Positions 1 to 9,629 are shown, counted from the first letter of the stretch. The stretch: DNA of 20,000 bases from an uncultured virus (IMG/VR IMGVR_UViG_3300034284_002793) (IMGVR_UViG_3300034284_002793:112628-132627); one strand, 5' to 3'. The notes: generated by a model not told the origin, from the letters alone. Made by a program: numbers and translations.

Positions 1-330
1 ACATCTGGATCTGGAATAATCACTGGAATTGTTGGTTGGAGAAATGTTGAGTTTGTTACAAAAGAATATGGTACTGGAATAATGACAGGCTTTATTGGTA
101 GTAGAAATGCCCCATACTCTGGCATATTGACTGGAAATTTTTACCATAAAGATAAATTTAGCAATAAAATAATTGGACCAAAATTTGGTTTAAATACTGG
201 ACAATTATATAATGAATCATTTGGTATTGGATTTAAAGTTCCTTATGGAAATAGGGTAGGAATTGATTTGTACAATCCACTATCTGGAATATCAGACATA
301 AATATAACTATGTTTGGTTACTATGAATAA
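1..330 (+). CDS. 5'-truncated (S/T)G-rich probable virion protein, C-terminal part
   Basis: Frame is open from base 1 through the tracked ORF 82..330. TGIVGWRN and TGFIGSRN units resemble repeats in the next gene. Confidence 0.75.
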   Translation, partial: TSGSGIITGIVGWRNVEFVTKEYGTGIMTGFIGSRNAPYSGILTGNFYHKDKFSNKIIGPKFGLNTGQLYNESFGIGFKVPYGNRVGIDLYNPLSGISDINITMFGYYE

Positions 331-336
331 TATGTT

Positions 337-3300
337 ATGCTATTTGAAGACATAAAGCATCCACTTGTTAGCGATTTTTTAACTAGAATCAGTGGGTCTG
401 GCTATACATATTTAAATACTGAGTCTTCTAGTAGAATAAATGATTTTGTTAAATATTTGGGATCCATCACTGCAGATAATGGTGACGATTTTGCTTTTTA
501 TCCCCTAAGGCAAGCGCAAAATATAGGAATAGGAAATCAGATATTTGGCATTGGATATATGGCATCTGGCACAAATATTGTTTTTCCCCAAAATATAAAC
601 TGGACAGAGTCTGGCATTTTACTAAATAGCATTAAAAATTGTGGTATTTTAAATTTTTCTGGCAAATTAAAAGATTCAAAATTTCAATTTAGAAAAAATG
701 AAACTTCTATCTTTTATTTTTTAAAACATAATAGGCCTAAATATGAAACATCGTTATATAGGGATGGACAAGTATGTCCATATTTTTGGTTCGATGATTC
801 CTTAGATAATTTTGGCGTAATTGCTCCAGAATTTTCTACCAGCGATTTTAGAACAACCGGGACAACATACCTTTATGACGAAATATATGGTGGAGATAAA
901 AAGGGCTACCAGATTGATTTTTCATCAGATGATCCAACAAAATATAATGTGTTTAATTCTAATACTGGAAGGGCGATAGGCACTGGTATAGCTCCATATG
1001 TACCACCAGCAGTTTCATTTTATGAAATGGACAATAATGAAAATAAATTTGTATGTATTAACGCAGTAATACGAGAAAGCCAATATTCTATTAGATCATT
1101 TTTTGGCCGCGATTATAGAAGTTTAACTGGAAATTTTCCAAATCCATATCAATCTATTGAAGTTACTGATCCAAAAACTCAAGAAGTTTATATTGATAAT
1201 TTTTTTCCAAGAAGAATGGTAATTGGCGCTGGCGTAAGAAACAAAAGCGCAGCTGGCTATGATTTGGATGGCACAGATCATATATGTGCTGGAATTTTAA
1301 TATTAAGAGGCGACTATAGCAATAAATCAAAAGATATTGCCGAAAATATGGCTGAGGCTATTGGTATAAAAATTCGCCCTCCTAAAAATTTGGATACAAC
1401 ATTTGCTTTTGGAAATATATTAAATGATAGATTTGCCTGTAGCGGATATATAGCATCAATCAATTATTATGATTATACAAGTCCAGTTTTATACAAAACA
1501 TATAGCGACTATTATGATATTGTAAACTTTACAGCTTCAATATACAGCGGATCATACATTGACTATGGCCAATGGACATATAATGTGGTCAATAGCGTTA
1601 CTGGAGAATTAAGATCGCCACAAATCGGTGATACAATTAATAATGATAGCAATATAACTGGAATAGTAAATTTAATTGGCTTCCAAAATGGCATAACAGC
1701 TCCGTTTGGTGCATTTTATAATCAAGGAGTAATAGGTTTTGTTAGTGGATATGCTACAAAAATAAATAACGAATTTATCTTTAACAGATTCACAGAGCAG
1801 ACAGAAAGTGGAGCGAGCGGTTTTTATAGATCAAATATCAGCGGTATAGCAACGGGGCAAATTTTCTTTCCACCAATAAGAAAAATATTTCAAGAATTAA
1901 TTACTGGATATGTTAGTGGCATTAAAGACTCAGATAGTTTATTTACTCCCTTTGATTCTAGCTCCAACCTATATTCTAGTGGATATTATTATGGTGATCA
2001 AGTATATGCATACCCACAAATTGGCATTATACCGCAAAAAATAACTGGCTATATTAGCGGATTTTTATCTGAAAACGGAATATTCTCAGAATTTGATAAA
2101 AATTATTTGGATAGTTCTAGTGGATATTTTTATAGCGAAAATTCATACGAATTCTTGCCTAAAAAAACTATTACTAATTCTCCCGTAACAGGATTTTTAG
2201 TTGGAATGAAAAGCGGAGATTATTTTTCCGGATACTATCAAAATACACCAACTGACGGCTTGTACAGTGGATTTTTTATAGATAATGATTTTTCTAACCC
2301 AGCAGAAATAGAACCAGTTATTGAAATATATTTTCCAACAGGCTCTGGGTTGTTTTCTGGATTTAGCGGCATGTCCGGAATAGATGAGCGTCTTGGCTTT
2401 AATTTTACAGGATTTTTTCAGAACATATTTGATATAAATGGTGATCCGATTTTGGATGAGAGCGGAAATGCAATCATACTGTCATTTGATGGAAGTAGTG
2501 GATTTATTGATATTGGTGCTGGGCCATTTCCAAACACAAGAACAGCTTCATGCACCGGAATTATAGGGTCAAAGAATGTTTTAAATTTTTCTGGAAGTTT
2601 TGATGGCTTTAATAATATAGAAGTACCAGATATAAATTATGGATCTTCATATAGTGGATTTTTCATTGAATCTAGTGGGTTTGTCGGTACAGGAAATTTT
2701 GGAAGTGGAATGTTTACAGGATTTATTGGATCTATAAATATACTTGAATACATCAACTTAACAGGATTTCAAGATAACTTAGATTTTCTTGCCGGAGGAT
2801 TATTTACAGGATTTTCGTTTCCGCTTGGGTCTGGTTTTAGTGGATTATATGATAATCTTTCTGGAACTGGAATACAAACAGGATTTATTGGATCAAGATA
2901 TTATCTTATGGAATCTGGATCTTTTTCTGGATTTTCTGGCTTTTCAGGATTTTCTGATGCATTTTTAAATGAAATAAATATTGATTTTTCTTTTCAAAAT
3001 GGAAGTGGATTTTCTGGACTATATTTTCAAGATTCTGGCTACGGTGTTATCTCTGGATTAATTACTACCGGAAAATCTCCATTGCTATTTGGGGATCCAT
3101 TATATTTCGTTCCTTCTATATTGGCAATATCATATGGTGGCAATTTTACGCAATTCATAACTGGTGACTTTATTTTTACTGGCGTTATTCCAGATATTAC
3201 TGGTATTAGATATTTATCTGGTGCTGTATTTACCTATGCAATTAATACAGGATCATTAATAACTGGAGACATTTTTGTAACAGGAACGCACCCAGAAATA

Positions 3301-4122
3301 ACCTCATTAAACTACTTTGCTACTACAGGCGAAGATATTATATTGTCTGGCTTTGATGGCAATGCACTTTCATATATATTTAGATTGGAAGCATATGAGG
3401 GGCAAAAGCTTGAAAGTGGAGTAAGGGTAGAAATTAATAAATTTATATCAGGATTAAAAACTGATGGTATATGGGATAGTATTACAGATTGCTGTTTGAT
3501 GGCTGGACCAAGAACATTTTCTGGAGCTTTTGTTCCATTAAAAGGAAATAGCGGTATTGGTTATAACTTTATTAGTAGTGATTATAATCGCGCTAGCGGT
3601 TTAATTGGTGATGCATCATCAAAATATGTTGATTCTAATCGAAGCTTAAACATAGAACCTTCAGGAAACCAACACTTGGCAGTTTATATAACTAAAACTG
3701 GATCGCCATCATTTAATCAGTACTATATCGGCGCTGGTGTTCAAAACGTAACTGGATCAAGCGCTATTTATGCTAGCGGTGCAGGTGCGCTTTTCCAAAA
3801 ATCTAGAGCAAGTGGAATAGCTAATTATCAAAATTTTGGACCATCCACGGGCTTCATGGCGGTCTCAAGATTTAGCACGGGTATTTGGGCTGCAAGAAAT
3901 ACATATATATCAGAAACAGCCTTTGTTTATGTAGAAAGTGGGGCGCAACCAGCGAATGTGTATGTTTTTGCCAATAATAATACTGGCATTGGGGCTGGTA
4001 TGCCAGAGGGTTATAGCGATGCAAGAATTGCCATTTATTCTATCGGCACGAATATTAATATATTATCAAATTATGAAAATAGAGTTATTTCATACCTTAG
4101 TGGTATTAAGAAATATGTTTAA
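337..4122 (+). CDS. 1261-aa probable tail-fibre/virion protein with (S/T)G-rich internal repeats and a C-terminal possibly lectin (ConA/LamG)-like domain
   Basis: Long ORF with repeated TGFIGS and SSGYFY units. The C-terminal DGNALSYIFRLE...INKFISGLKTDGIW...CLMAGPRTFSGAFVPLKG segment resembles a domain I recall from aquatic phage structural proteins. Confidence 0.7.
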   Translation: MLFEDIKHPLVSDFLTRISGSGYTYLNTESSSRINDFVKYLGSITADNGDDFAFYPLRQAQNIGIGNQIFGIGYMASGTNIVFPQNINWTESGILLNSIKNCGILNFSGKLKDSKFQFRKNETSIFYFLKHNRPKYETSLYRDGQVCPYFWFDDSLDNFGVIAPEFSTSDFRTTGTTYLYDEIYGGDKKGYQIDFSSDDPTKYNVFNSNTGRAIGTGIAPYVPPAVSFYEMDNNENKFVCINAVIRESQYSIRSFFGRDYRSLTGNFPNPYQSIEVTDPKTQEVYIDNFFPRRMVIGAGVRNKSAAGYDLDGTDHICAGILILRGDYSNKSKDIAENMAEAIGIKIRPPKNLDTTFAFGNILNDRFACSGYIASINYYDYTSPVLYKTYSDYYDIVNFTASIYSGSYIDYGQWTYNVVNSVTGELRSPQIGDTINNDSNITGIVNLIGFQNGITAPFGAFYNQGVIGFVSGYATKINNEFIFNRFTEQTESGASGFYRSNISGIATGQIFFPPIRKIFQELITGYVSGIKDSDSLFTPFDSSSNLYSSGYYYGDQVYAYPQIGIIPQKITGYISGFLSENGIFSEFDKNYLDSSSGYFYSENSYEFLPKKTITNSPVTGFLVGMKSGDYFSGYYQNTPTDGLYSGFFIDNDFSNPAEIEPVIEIYFPTGSGLFSGFSGMSGIDERLGFNFTGFFQNIFDINGDPILDESGNAIILSFDGSSGFIDIGAGPFPNTRTASCTGIIGSKNVLNFSGSFDGFNNIEVPDINYGSSYSGFFIESSGFVGTGNFGSGMFTGFIGSINILEYINLTGFQDNLDFLAGGLFTGFSFPLGSGFSGLYDNLSGTGIQTGFIGSRYYLMESGSFSGFSGFSGFSDAFLNEINIDFSFQNGSGFSGLYFQDSGYGVISGLITTGKSPLLFGDPLYFVPSILAISYGGNFTQFITGDFIFTGVIPDITGIRYLSGAVFTYAINTGSLITGDIFVTGTHPEITSLNYFATTGEDIILSGFDGNALSYIFRLEAYEGQKLESGVRVEINKFISGLKTDGIWDSITDCCLMAGPRTFSGAFVPLKGNSGIGYNFISSDYNRASGLIGDASSKYVDSNRSLNIEPSGNQHLAVYITKTGSPSFNQYYIGAGVQNVTGSSAIYASGAGALFQKSRASGIANYQNFGPSTGFMAVSRFSTGIWAARNTYISETAFVYVESGAQPANVYVFANNNTGIGAGMPEGYSDARIAIYSIGTNINILSNYENRVISYLSGIKKYV

Positions 4123-4189
4123 TTATTAATTAATAAAAAATTAAATTTTACAATATTAGAAATGTATATATAATAAGGGAAATAAAGTT

Positions 4190-5485
4190 ATGCCTCTAAA
4201 TATTTTAAAAAAACGCCATATCGAAACAGAAATTGAGAATAACACTCATGTAGATGGTGAATGGAAAGTTGAGATTGTATGCCAAAATGGTGAAATTAAA
4301 AAGCCTCTTGGAGATAAATGGCGAAAAAACTTAATTCAAGATAGAGGATTGAATATATTCAATGGCACGTATGGAAGTTTTAGCAGCAATGCTAATGCGA
4401 ATACTAATTCAATATCAGCCTTTATAAGTTCGGCATATTTTGGAAATAGCAGTGCTGATCCGTTTGCTACAGATAAAACATTTTTAACTAGCACAAACAA
4501 TAATATATACTATACAAGAAGAAACACTCTAAACGTACCAGAAAATACAAATCCAAACAGCGATGATTTAGTAACGGGGTCACGAACTTTTACAAAAGTA
4601 TGGGATTTTGCATCTCTGGCTGCTGGCGAAACGCGCGATGTTAGAGAAATAGTGATTGCGGCCAATACTTATGATGGTTTTAATAATTCTACCGATCAAA
4701 GCAAGGGGACCCAAGGAACATTTACAACAAACATACCAGTAATTTCGCGCTTTATTCTTCCATCAACAGTAACTCTAACTGAATTTCAATTTTTAAGACT
4801 TTACTATTCAATAAAAGTAACAGTTCCAGCAATAGTTACGCCAGTTCCGATTACATTGTCAAATAACGGTTTTGATGGAACTGGTCAATTAAAATTAATA
4901 GGCCTATGGTCTAGTATATTTTCTGGAAATGGCCACTTATGGCAGCGCAGAAACTTTGGCACTTTGATTAACGTAGTTTCAACTCCACATACGCCATGGT
5001 CGCTAATCGGAAGAGATGGAATGGCAGCTTTACCGCTTAAAGGCAATTCAAATCCAAATTTAAATTTTAATTTTCCAGCAGTTGGTGCTGATTTTTCAAT
5101 ATCGTATGCAAATGCGTTATATGATGCAACACAAACTGTACTCCATACTTCACCAGGCTGCTCTGTTAGTCCATCGTCAGCAGTTCAACAAACGGTTGTA
5201 AACCAGTCTGTGTCAAGAGAGGCTACTATGCTGTTTCAAGCAAATAACCCAAGCGTGAATAGCCCACTTGCTGGATTTGTTTTCCTTCCTCGCGGTGAAG
5301 GCAATAATTTTACGGGAGGATCGACTCCAACTTTTACCGAAGCTCTTACTACAGATACTGCTCTTGGAAGATACATGTGGTACTGGAGGTTCACAGACCC
5401 AACATTTACAAATCCAAGATCTGTAATTAAAGATGTCAACTATGGCCTTGTGGTTAATTTGCGGCAAACAATTGCAAGAGGCTAA
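4190..5485 (+). CDS. 431-aa probable phage tail/structural protein
   Basis: Long T/S/N-rich ORF. N-terminal GEWKVEI...WRKNLIQDRGLN resembles the NLIxxxGLN motif of phage tail proteins. AAGGGA lies upstream. Confidence 0.6.
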   Translation: MPLNILKKRHIETEIENNTHVDGEWKVEIVCQNGEIKKPLGDKWRKNLIQDRGLNIFNGTYGSFSSNANANTNSISAFISSAYFGNSSADPFATDKTFLTSTNNNIYYTRRNTLNVPENTNPNSDDLVTGSRTFTKVWDFASLAAGETRDVREIVIAANTYDGFNNSTDQSKGTQGTFTTNIPVISRFILPSTVTLTEFQFLRLYYSIKVTVPAIVTPVPITLSNNGFDGTGQLKLIGLWSSIFSGNGHLWQRRNFGTLINVVSTPHTPWSLIGRDGMAALPLKGNSNPNLNFNFPAVGADFSISYANALYDATQTVLHTSPGCSVSPSSAVQQTVVNQSVSREATMLFQANNPSVNSPLAGFVFLPRGEGNNFTGGSTPTFTEALTTDTALGRYMWYWRFTDPTFTNPRSVIKDVNYGLVVNLRQTIARG

Positions 5486-6151
5486 TTATTTATCTAAAAA
5501 TTTTAGTTTGATTTTGCCATTACTGTCTATTAATGCATAGCTAACTGGTAGGTCGCATTGGGAGCCCAAGTTAACGCATTCAACCCAATCCACAGTTTTG
5601 TGTTCGGGCATATGGGTGTGGCCAAACACCACAGTACTGCATCCTAGATCGCGGCCATGATGTGCAACCCGGCGCAACACTCTTTCAGCCGAAGAACGCC
5701 ACGTTTTTATTTTTCGCTTGAGCTTGCGGGTGAATTTTTGCCCCTTGTCAATTTTTTGCAAGAAATAATATATTCCAGATGCTATTTCAGTGAGTACTGG
5801 CCGCATTTTAATAATATAATCCCAACGATCACCGTGGACAAAATAGAAACGCTTTCCATTAATAACCTCAATGTGTTCGTGTTTAAAATCAAAACCTAAT
5901 AGCGCACTAACAGTATCCAGATCGCGGTCATGATTACCCTTAATAAAAATGCATTTTTTATTTTTTGATAGTTTGCGCAATAATGATAATACTTTCCACT
6001 GACGTTTGCATAAACGATGAATATTGTACGAATCCAGCAAATCTCCACATATTATTAAACTATCATACGTTTCCTCTTCAAGTATTTTTAAAACTAAATC
6101 TGCTTGGCATACAGGGCTGCCAAGATGTATGTCTGAAAGGCACAGTATCAT
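5486..6151 (-). CDS. Calcineurin-like metallophosphoesterase, LpxH/YbbF-like
   Basis: All five motifs are present in order: DIHLG, GDLLD, GNHD, HGD, GHTH. The stop codon directly abuts that of the convergent gene. Confidence 0.9.
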   Translation of the reverse strand: MILCLSDIHLGSPVCQADLVLKILEEETYDSLIICGDLLDSYNIHRLCKRQWKVLSLLRKLSKNKKCIFIKGNHDRDLDTVSALLGFDFKHEHIEVINGKRFYFVHGDRWDYIIKMRPVLTEIASGIYYFLQKIDKGQKFTRKLKRKIKTWRSSAERVLRRVAHHGRDLGCSTVVFGHTHMPEHKTVDWVECVNLGSQCDLPVSYALIDSNGKIKLKFLDK

Positions 6152-6548
6152 AATGTTTTATATTATTTTTTTTATTTATTACTTTTTTACCTCACTTGAT
6201 TACACTCTTCAATCATTTATAGCATATTACAATATAGAAACAAACAGTCCATGTATTTTTAATTCTTTTTTATTATAATATATGCTGATATTTACAAAGA
6301 TCGATATATACCAGTCTATTAATAAAGCCATCCTTTATTTTTAATTCTTTTTTATTATATATGGGTTGATTTTATTGGCGTTAGGATACCCTAACCACCC
6401 TGATAAGTAAAAGAAGGATAGATTTAAAAGTTGTAGAGTTTTAAAAATAGGCCCTAGCGACCAAAAGCTCAAACGCTTGTATGAATTTTTTTCAAAAATA
6501 GGGGGTACTTGTCAACAAAAAAAAGTTTTAAAAAAGATAAAAAATCCC

Positions 6549-6576
6549 TTGCTTTCTCGGTGATCTGTGGTAGAGT
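6549..6576 (+). promoter_or_regulatory. sigma70-like promoter, first of the early region
   Basis: TTGCTT-16 nt-TAGAGT with upstream TG and an A-rich UP tract. ATG 6583 follows after 6 nt. Confidence 0.7.
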
Positions 6577-6582
6577 GTAGAC

Positions 6583-6768
6583 ATGAAGAAGAAATACTAC
6601 ACCAGCACAGAGATCCTTGAGTATGCGAATAAGAACAACGCAGCTTGCATCTCTGCATCTGTGAGCCTGCGAGTGTTCCGCTACTGGACTAGCAAAGGTC
6701 AATACGAAGTGAAGTTCTACAGGGTAGAGCCTTGCGTGTGGGAGAAAAAAATCGTAAAAAAACCCTAA
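6583..6768 (+). CDS. Hypothetical protein, 61 aa
   Basis: ORF starts 6 nt after a -10 box. Confidence 0.7.
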   Translation: MKKKYYTSTEILEYANKNNAACISASVSLRVFRYWTSKGQYEVKFYRVEPCVWEKKIVKKP

Positions 6769-6809
6769 AGATCCCTTGACTTTAATGACAGCTCTGATAG
6801 ATTAAATAC

Positions 6810-7040
6810 ATGAATACATTCGAAGACTACATCAAACACAACGGCAAAGAATACTACCTCTGCACAGAGTATGCGTTCGATCACACTGATCAGTTGCAAC
6901 TCTCTGGCTTTGTCTTGACTGATGAAGACGGCGAAGACATCTCGCAAGATGACTTCGAAGCGAACAAGGATCTTTACGATCATGTCTGCATGGTTCTTGC
7001 TAACGAAGATGCTACCTGCTACGGCGGCGCACCTTGCTAA
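6810..7040 (+). CDS. Acidic hypothetical protein, 76 aa
   Basis: TTGACT(6776)-16-TAGATT, then ATG after 6 nt. Confidence 0.75.
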   Translation: MNTFEDYIKHNGKEYYLCTEYAFDHTDQLQLSGFVLTDEDGEDISQDDFEANKDLYDHVCMVLANEDATCYGGAPC

Positions 7041-7044
7041 CACT

Positions 7045-7131
7045 ATGACACACATCATTATGACATACATTGCAGAGGCGCTTGCCGTGGTGCTTATCCT
7101 CCTGCTTGGCGTTGCGATTCTCTCGATCTAA
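7045..7131 (+). CDS. Small single-TM peptide (start 7045 or 7060)
   Basis: Hydrophobic LAVVLILLLGVAILSI. The stop TAA is the first triplet of element copy 1. Confidence 0.5.
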   Translation: MTHIIMTYIAEALAVVLILLLGVAILSI

Positions 7132-7203
7132 GTTGTTCTAAATCAACGACTTACAACGGGCCACCCTGCGCGCGCGCGTAAGTCCTTGATAATGAGGCAC
7201 TTA
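7129..7203. repeat. Double-palindrome element, copy 1
   Basis: taagttgttctaaatcaacgactta + 25-nt GC core + taagtccttgataatgaggcactta. Confidence 0.9.
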
Positions 7204-7257
7204 CGAATGTCAAGTAAAAAAGATAAAAAAAATTTCACACAATCGCAAAAAAATCCC

Positions 7258-7285
7258 TTGCTTTTTCGGTGGCCTGTGATACATT
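7258..7285 (+). promoter_or_regulatory. sigma70-like module promoter
   Basis: AATCGCAAAAAAATCCC-TTGCTT-16-TACATT. Equivalent promoters have -35 at 8193, 9767, 10536, 11900 and 13286. Confidence 0.75.
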
Positions 7286-7291
7286 GTATGT

Positions 7292-7639
7292 ATGAAAGAT
7301 AAAGAAAACACCACGTTCAACGTCAACGGAACCCTTTGCACGCTCGTCGTCTCGGAAGATCGGGAGGATGATTGCACGAAGCTTTGGCATGACCTCGTCA
7401 GCGTTGACACTGGCAAGGTCGTCGCAACCCTCGACTGGTCGCCCTACTCTTGCCCCTCTAATGAGGAAGTGCAGCAGATCATCGACCTCGGCCTGCCTAA
7501 TGGCTTGCGTTGGGCTAACTCTCACCCTTCTTCTCGCTTCAACTTCGATAGCCTCATGCTGGCGAAATACCTCTCTGGCTACGAGCATCCCGATGGCGGC
7601 AAGATCGAACTGGTCTTCCGCGTTCGCTTGGCCGCATAA
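7292..7639 (+). CDS. Hypothetical protein, 115 aa
   Basis: ATG 6 nt after the -10 box; codon usage matches the region. Confidence 0.8.
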   Translation: MKDKENTTFNVNGTLCTLVVSEDREDDCTKLWHDLVSVDTGKVVATLDWSPYSCPSNEEVQQIIDLGLPNGLRWANSHPSSRFNFDSLMLAKYLSGYEHPDGGKIELVFRVRLAA

Positions 7640-7682
7640 AAAAACTCTTGCGCTTCCACTCAACATCCCATACTCTAACAAT

Positions 7683-7892
7683 ATGAACAGCATCCACGAC
7701 GACTACAACACGCAACCGCAATCCGACGAATACGCGACCGAGCACGAGGAAGTGCGCGGCACGTTCGCCGCCGAGCCTGCCGTTGAGCAGGAGCCGCAAC
7801 CCTATGATGGGTTTGAGGGGCAGTGGGCTGGGGATGGGTCGGGCTTCGACGACCTCGCAGACTGGGGCGAGCAGGAGGGCTGGGACACGTAA
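7683..7892 (+). CDS. Very acidic hypothetical protein, 69 aa (start moved from tracked 7368)
   Basis: TTGCGC(7648)-17-TACTCT-6-ATG. N-terminus IHDDYNTQPQSDE is shared with the 13320 gene. Confidence 0.75.
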   Translation: MNSIHDDYNTQPQSDEYATEHEEVRGTFAAEPAVEQEPQPYDGFEGQWAGDGSGFDDLADWGEQEGWDT

Positions 7893-8012
7893 GAGTGTCA
7901 TAAACTTTCTCCGAACGTTTCGATGCGTGTCTCCATGACGCGGGAATAAACGATGAGGAGACGAAGCGCCCGTTTAAACGGGCGTTTCAATTTGCTAAAA
8001 TTCAATGTTGCG

Positions 8013-8087
8013 TAAACCCTTGATATTCAACAACTTACGCTGGCGCGCGGGGCGCGCGGCCGTAAGTCCTTGATAATTAACGACTTA
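8013..8087. repeat. Double-palindrome element, copy 2 (GC core inverted)
   Basis: taaacccttgatattcaacaactta + cgctggcgcgcggggcgcgcggccg + taagtccttgataattaacgactta. Confidence 0.9.
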
Positions 8088-8226
8088 CGTAACGTCATCA
8101 AGAGTGTCATAAAGAATGTCATAGCGCAAAATTCAAACGCTCGTTTGCCAAAACGTCAACAAAAATAGTTTCGCTAATCGCAAAAAAATATCTCGCTTTT
8201 CGCGCGTCCTGTGCTATTCTGTATAC

Positions 8227-8409
8227 ATGAGAAACAACAACAGAAGCTGGCGCGACGAAGAACGCGAAGCAACCCTCGACTACCCGCTAGGTGTGGATCG
8301 TGAAGATCCCGCCTACCAGCAAAGCCCAGACGCTTACGAGCGTGAAATCGAGCGCCTTAATCGGCACGAAGGCTGGGAGCGTAATCGCGGTGGTTACTAC
8401 CGCCGATGA
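8227..8409 (+). CDS. Hypothetical protein, 60 aa
   Basis: TGTGC-TATTCT-6-ATG. Confidence 0.7.
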   Translation: MRNNNRSWRDEEREATLDYPLGVDREDPAYQQSPDAYEREIERLNRHEGWERNRGGYYRR

Positions 8410-8452
8410 AAAATCGCTTGACTTTCAGCCCCATTTCACCGATACTTTCAAC

Positions 8453-8617
8453 ATGACAGAAAACACCACAACTGGCTGGCCCGAAGTCTGGAACTTCGAC
8501 GAACCCAAAGACGACAACCTCACGCCCGAACAAGCGTTCGACATCCTTTTCGGCTACGCCGAGGAGCGTCATCGCAACGACCCGTGCGCTCGTCCCGCCC
8601 CTAAACCCAAACACTAA
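8453..8617 (+). CDS. Hypothetical protein, 54 aa (start moved from tracked 8291)
   Basis: TTGACT(8418)-17-GATACT-6-ATG. Confidence 0.7.
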   Translation: MTENTTTGWPEVWNFDEPKDDNLTPEQAFDILFGYAEERHRNDPCARPAPKPKH

Positions 8618-8621
8618 CACT

Positions 8622-8831
8622 ATGACAAACACAGACGGCATCATCAAGTCGCTTGAAACTCTCATCAAGCATGAGAAAGCAATTCAGCGTCAAGAAAAAG
8701 AAATTGAAAAATTAAAAGACATCATTGATGGCTCTTTGCAGACGATGCAGGGCCTTCTTGTGTTGAGCGCTGTTCTCTCAAAAGAGATTGAAAGCTTGCA
8801 CAATAATAAGCCTTCTTTTGGACTAAACTAA
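8622..8831 (+). CDS. Hypothetical coiled-coil protein, 69 aa
   Basis: Tightly packed ORF with a heptad-like pattern. Confidence 0.65.
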   Translation: MTNTDGIIKSLETLIKHEKAIQRQEKEIEKLKDIIDGSLQTMQGLLVLSAVLSKEIESLHNNKPSFGLN

Positions 8832-8832
8832 C

Positions 8833-8988
8833 ATGAGCAAAATCATTATGACAATCGACACGCGACCGCTTGCGCGTGTCATAGAGCGCAGCGTCCGCAA
8901 GGCATCTTGCCGCCCATCCTTCGCCATGCGTGTCAAGAAAAAATTCGCGCGCAAGGCAAAGTTTTTTCGCGGTTGGTCTGATCAGTAA
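8833..8988 (+). CDS. Small basic protein, 51 aa (not in ORF track)
   Basis: MSKIIMTIDTRPLARVIERSVRKASCRPSFAMRVKKKFARKAKFFRGWSDQ. Starts right after the previous stop; its TAA is the first triplet of element copy 3. Confidence 0.6.
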   Translation: MSKIIMTIDTRPLARVIERSVRKASCRPSFAMRVKKKFARKAKFFRGWSDQ

Positions 8989-9060
8989 AGCTTTGAATAT
9001 CAACGACTTGCGGCGGCGCGCCCCGCCGCGCGGCATAACCCATTGCAAATCAACGACTTG
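8986..9060. repeat. Double-palindrome element, copy 3
   Basis: taaagctttgaatatcaacgacttg + cggcggcgcgccccgccgcgcggca + taacccattgcaaatcaacgacttg. Confidence 0.92.
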
Positions 9061-9072
9061 CAATATATAGTA

Positions 9073-9089
9073 TTCAGGTAGCGTGCCAA
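9073..9089 (-). promoter_or_regulatory. sigma54-like -24/-12 motif facing element 3
   Basis: Minus strand reads TTGGCACGCTACCTGAA. Confidence 0.55.
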
Positions 9090-9164
9090 TATTGGCGAAT
9101 CTATAAAAATAAAAAAATAAAAAAACCTATTGACGAAAACATCAAACCGAGTTAGCATAAATGT

Positions 9165-9629
9165 ATGAAAAATAAAATTATAACAATCATAGTCACTGCA
9201 TTGGTAACCGCAGCAGTTACTTTCGTTACTCTATCACTTACAGATAGCGAACCGCTGACCGACTGGGTAAAAATGGCGAAGTTAAGAATTAAAGGATGCT
9301 CTGATCCCGAGGCGCACCTGAGCAACGCCAAGCGGATAAAGGGTTGGCTTACCGCAGTTGGAGAGCATGAGCCTGTTAGTGTGAGAATCAGAGAAGGTGT
9401 AGGCTTGCCGCCAGACCAGAGTTTGGCTCCTAAAGGGGTTAAACTCACTCCAACAGCTACAGAAATGTTCATTTTAGTTCGTTCTTCTGATTTTGAGAAC
9501 AATATCCGTGAGATATACGAATTTGATCTCATGAAAATTATGGTGGATAAGGATGCAAGAAAACAATTAAGAGAACTTATTACCAAAACTAAAGCACAGA
9601 GCAATGAGTTTGGTTTCGGTAGTAACTAA
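9165..9629 (+). CDS. Membrane-anchored or secreted hypothetical protein, 154 aa
   Basis: N-terminal basic then hydrophobic segment. TTGACG(9130)-17-TAGCAT-6-ATG. Stop lies inside element 4. Confidence 0.8.
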   Translation: MKNKIITIIVTALVTAAVTFVTLSLTDSEPLTDWVKMAKLRIKGCSDPEAHLSNAKRIKGWLTAVGEHEPVSVRIREGVGLPPDQSLAPKGVKLTPTATEMFILVRSSDFENNIREIYEFDLMKIMVDKDARKQLRELITKTKAQSNEFGFGSN

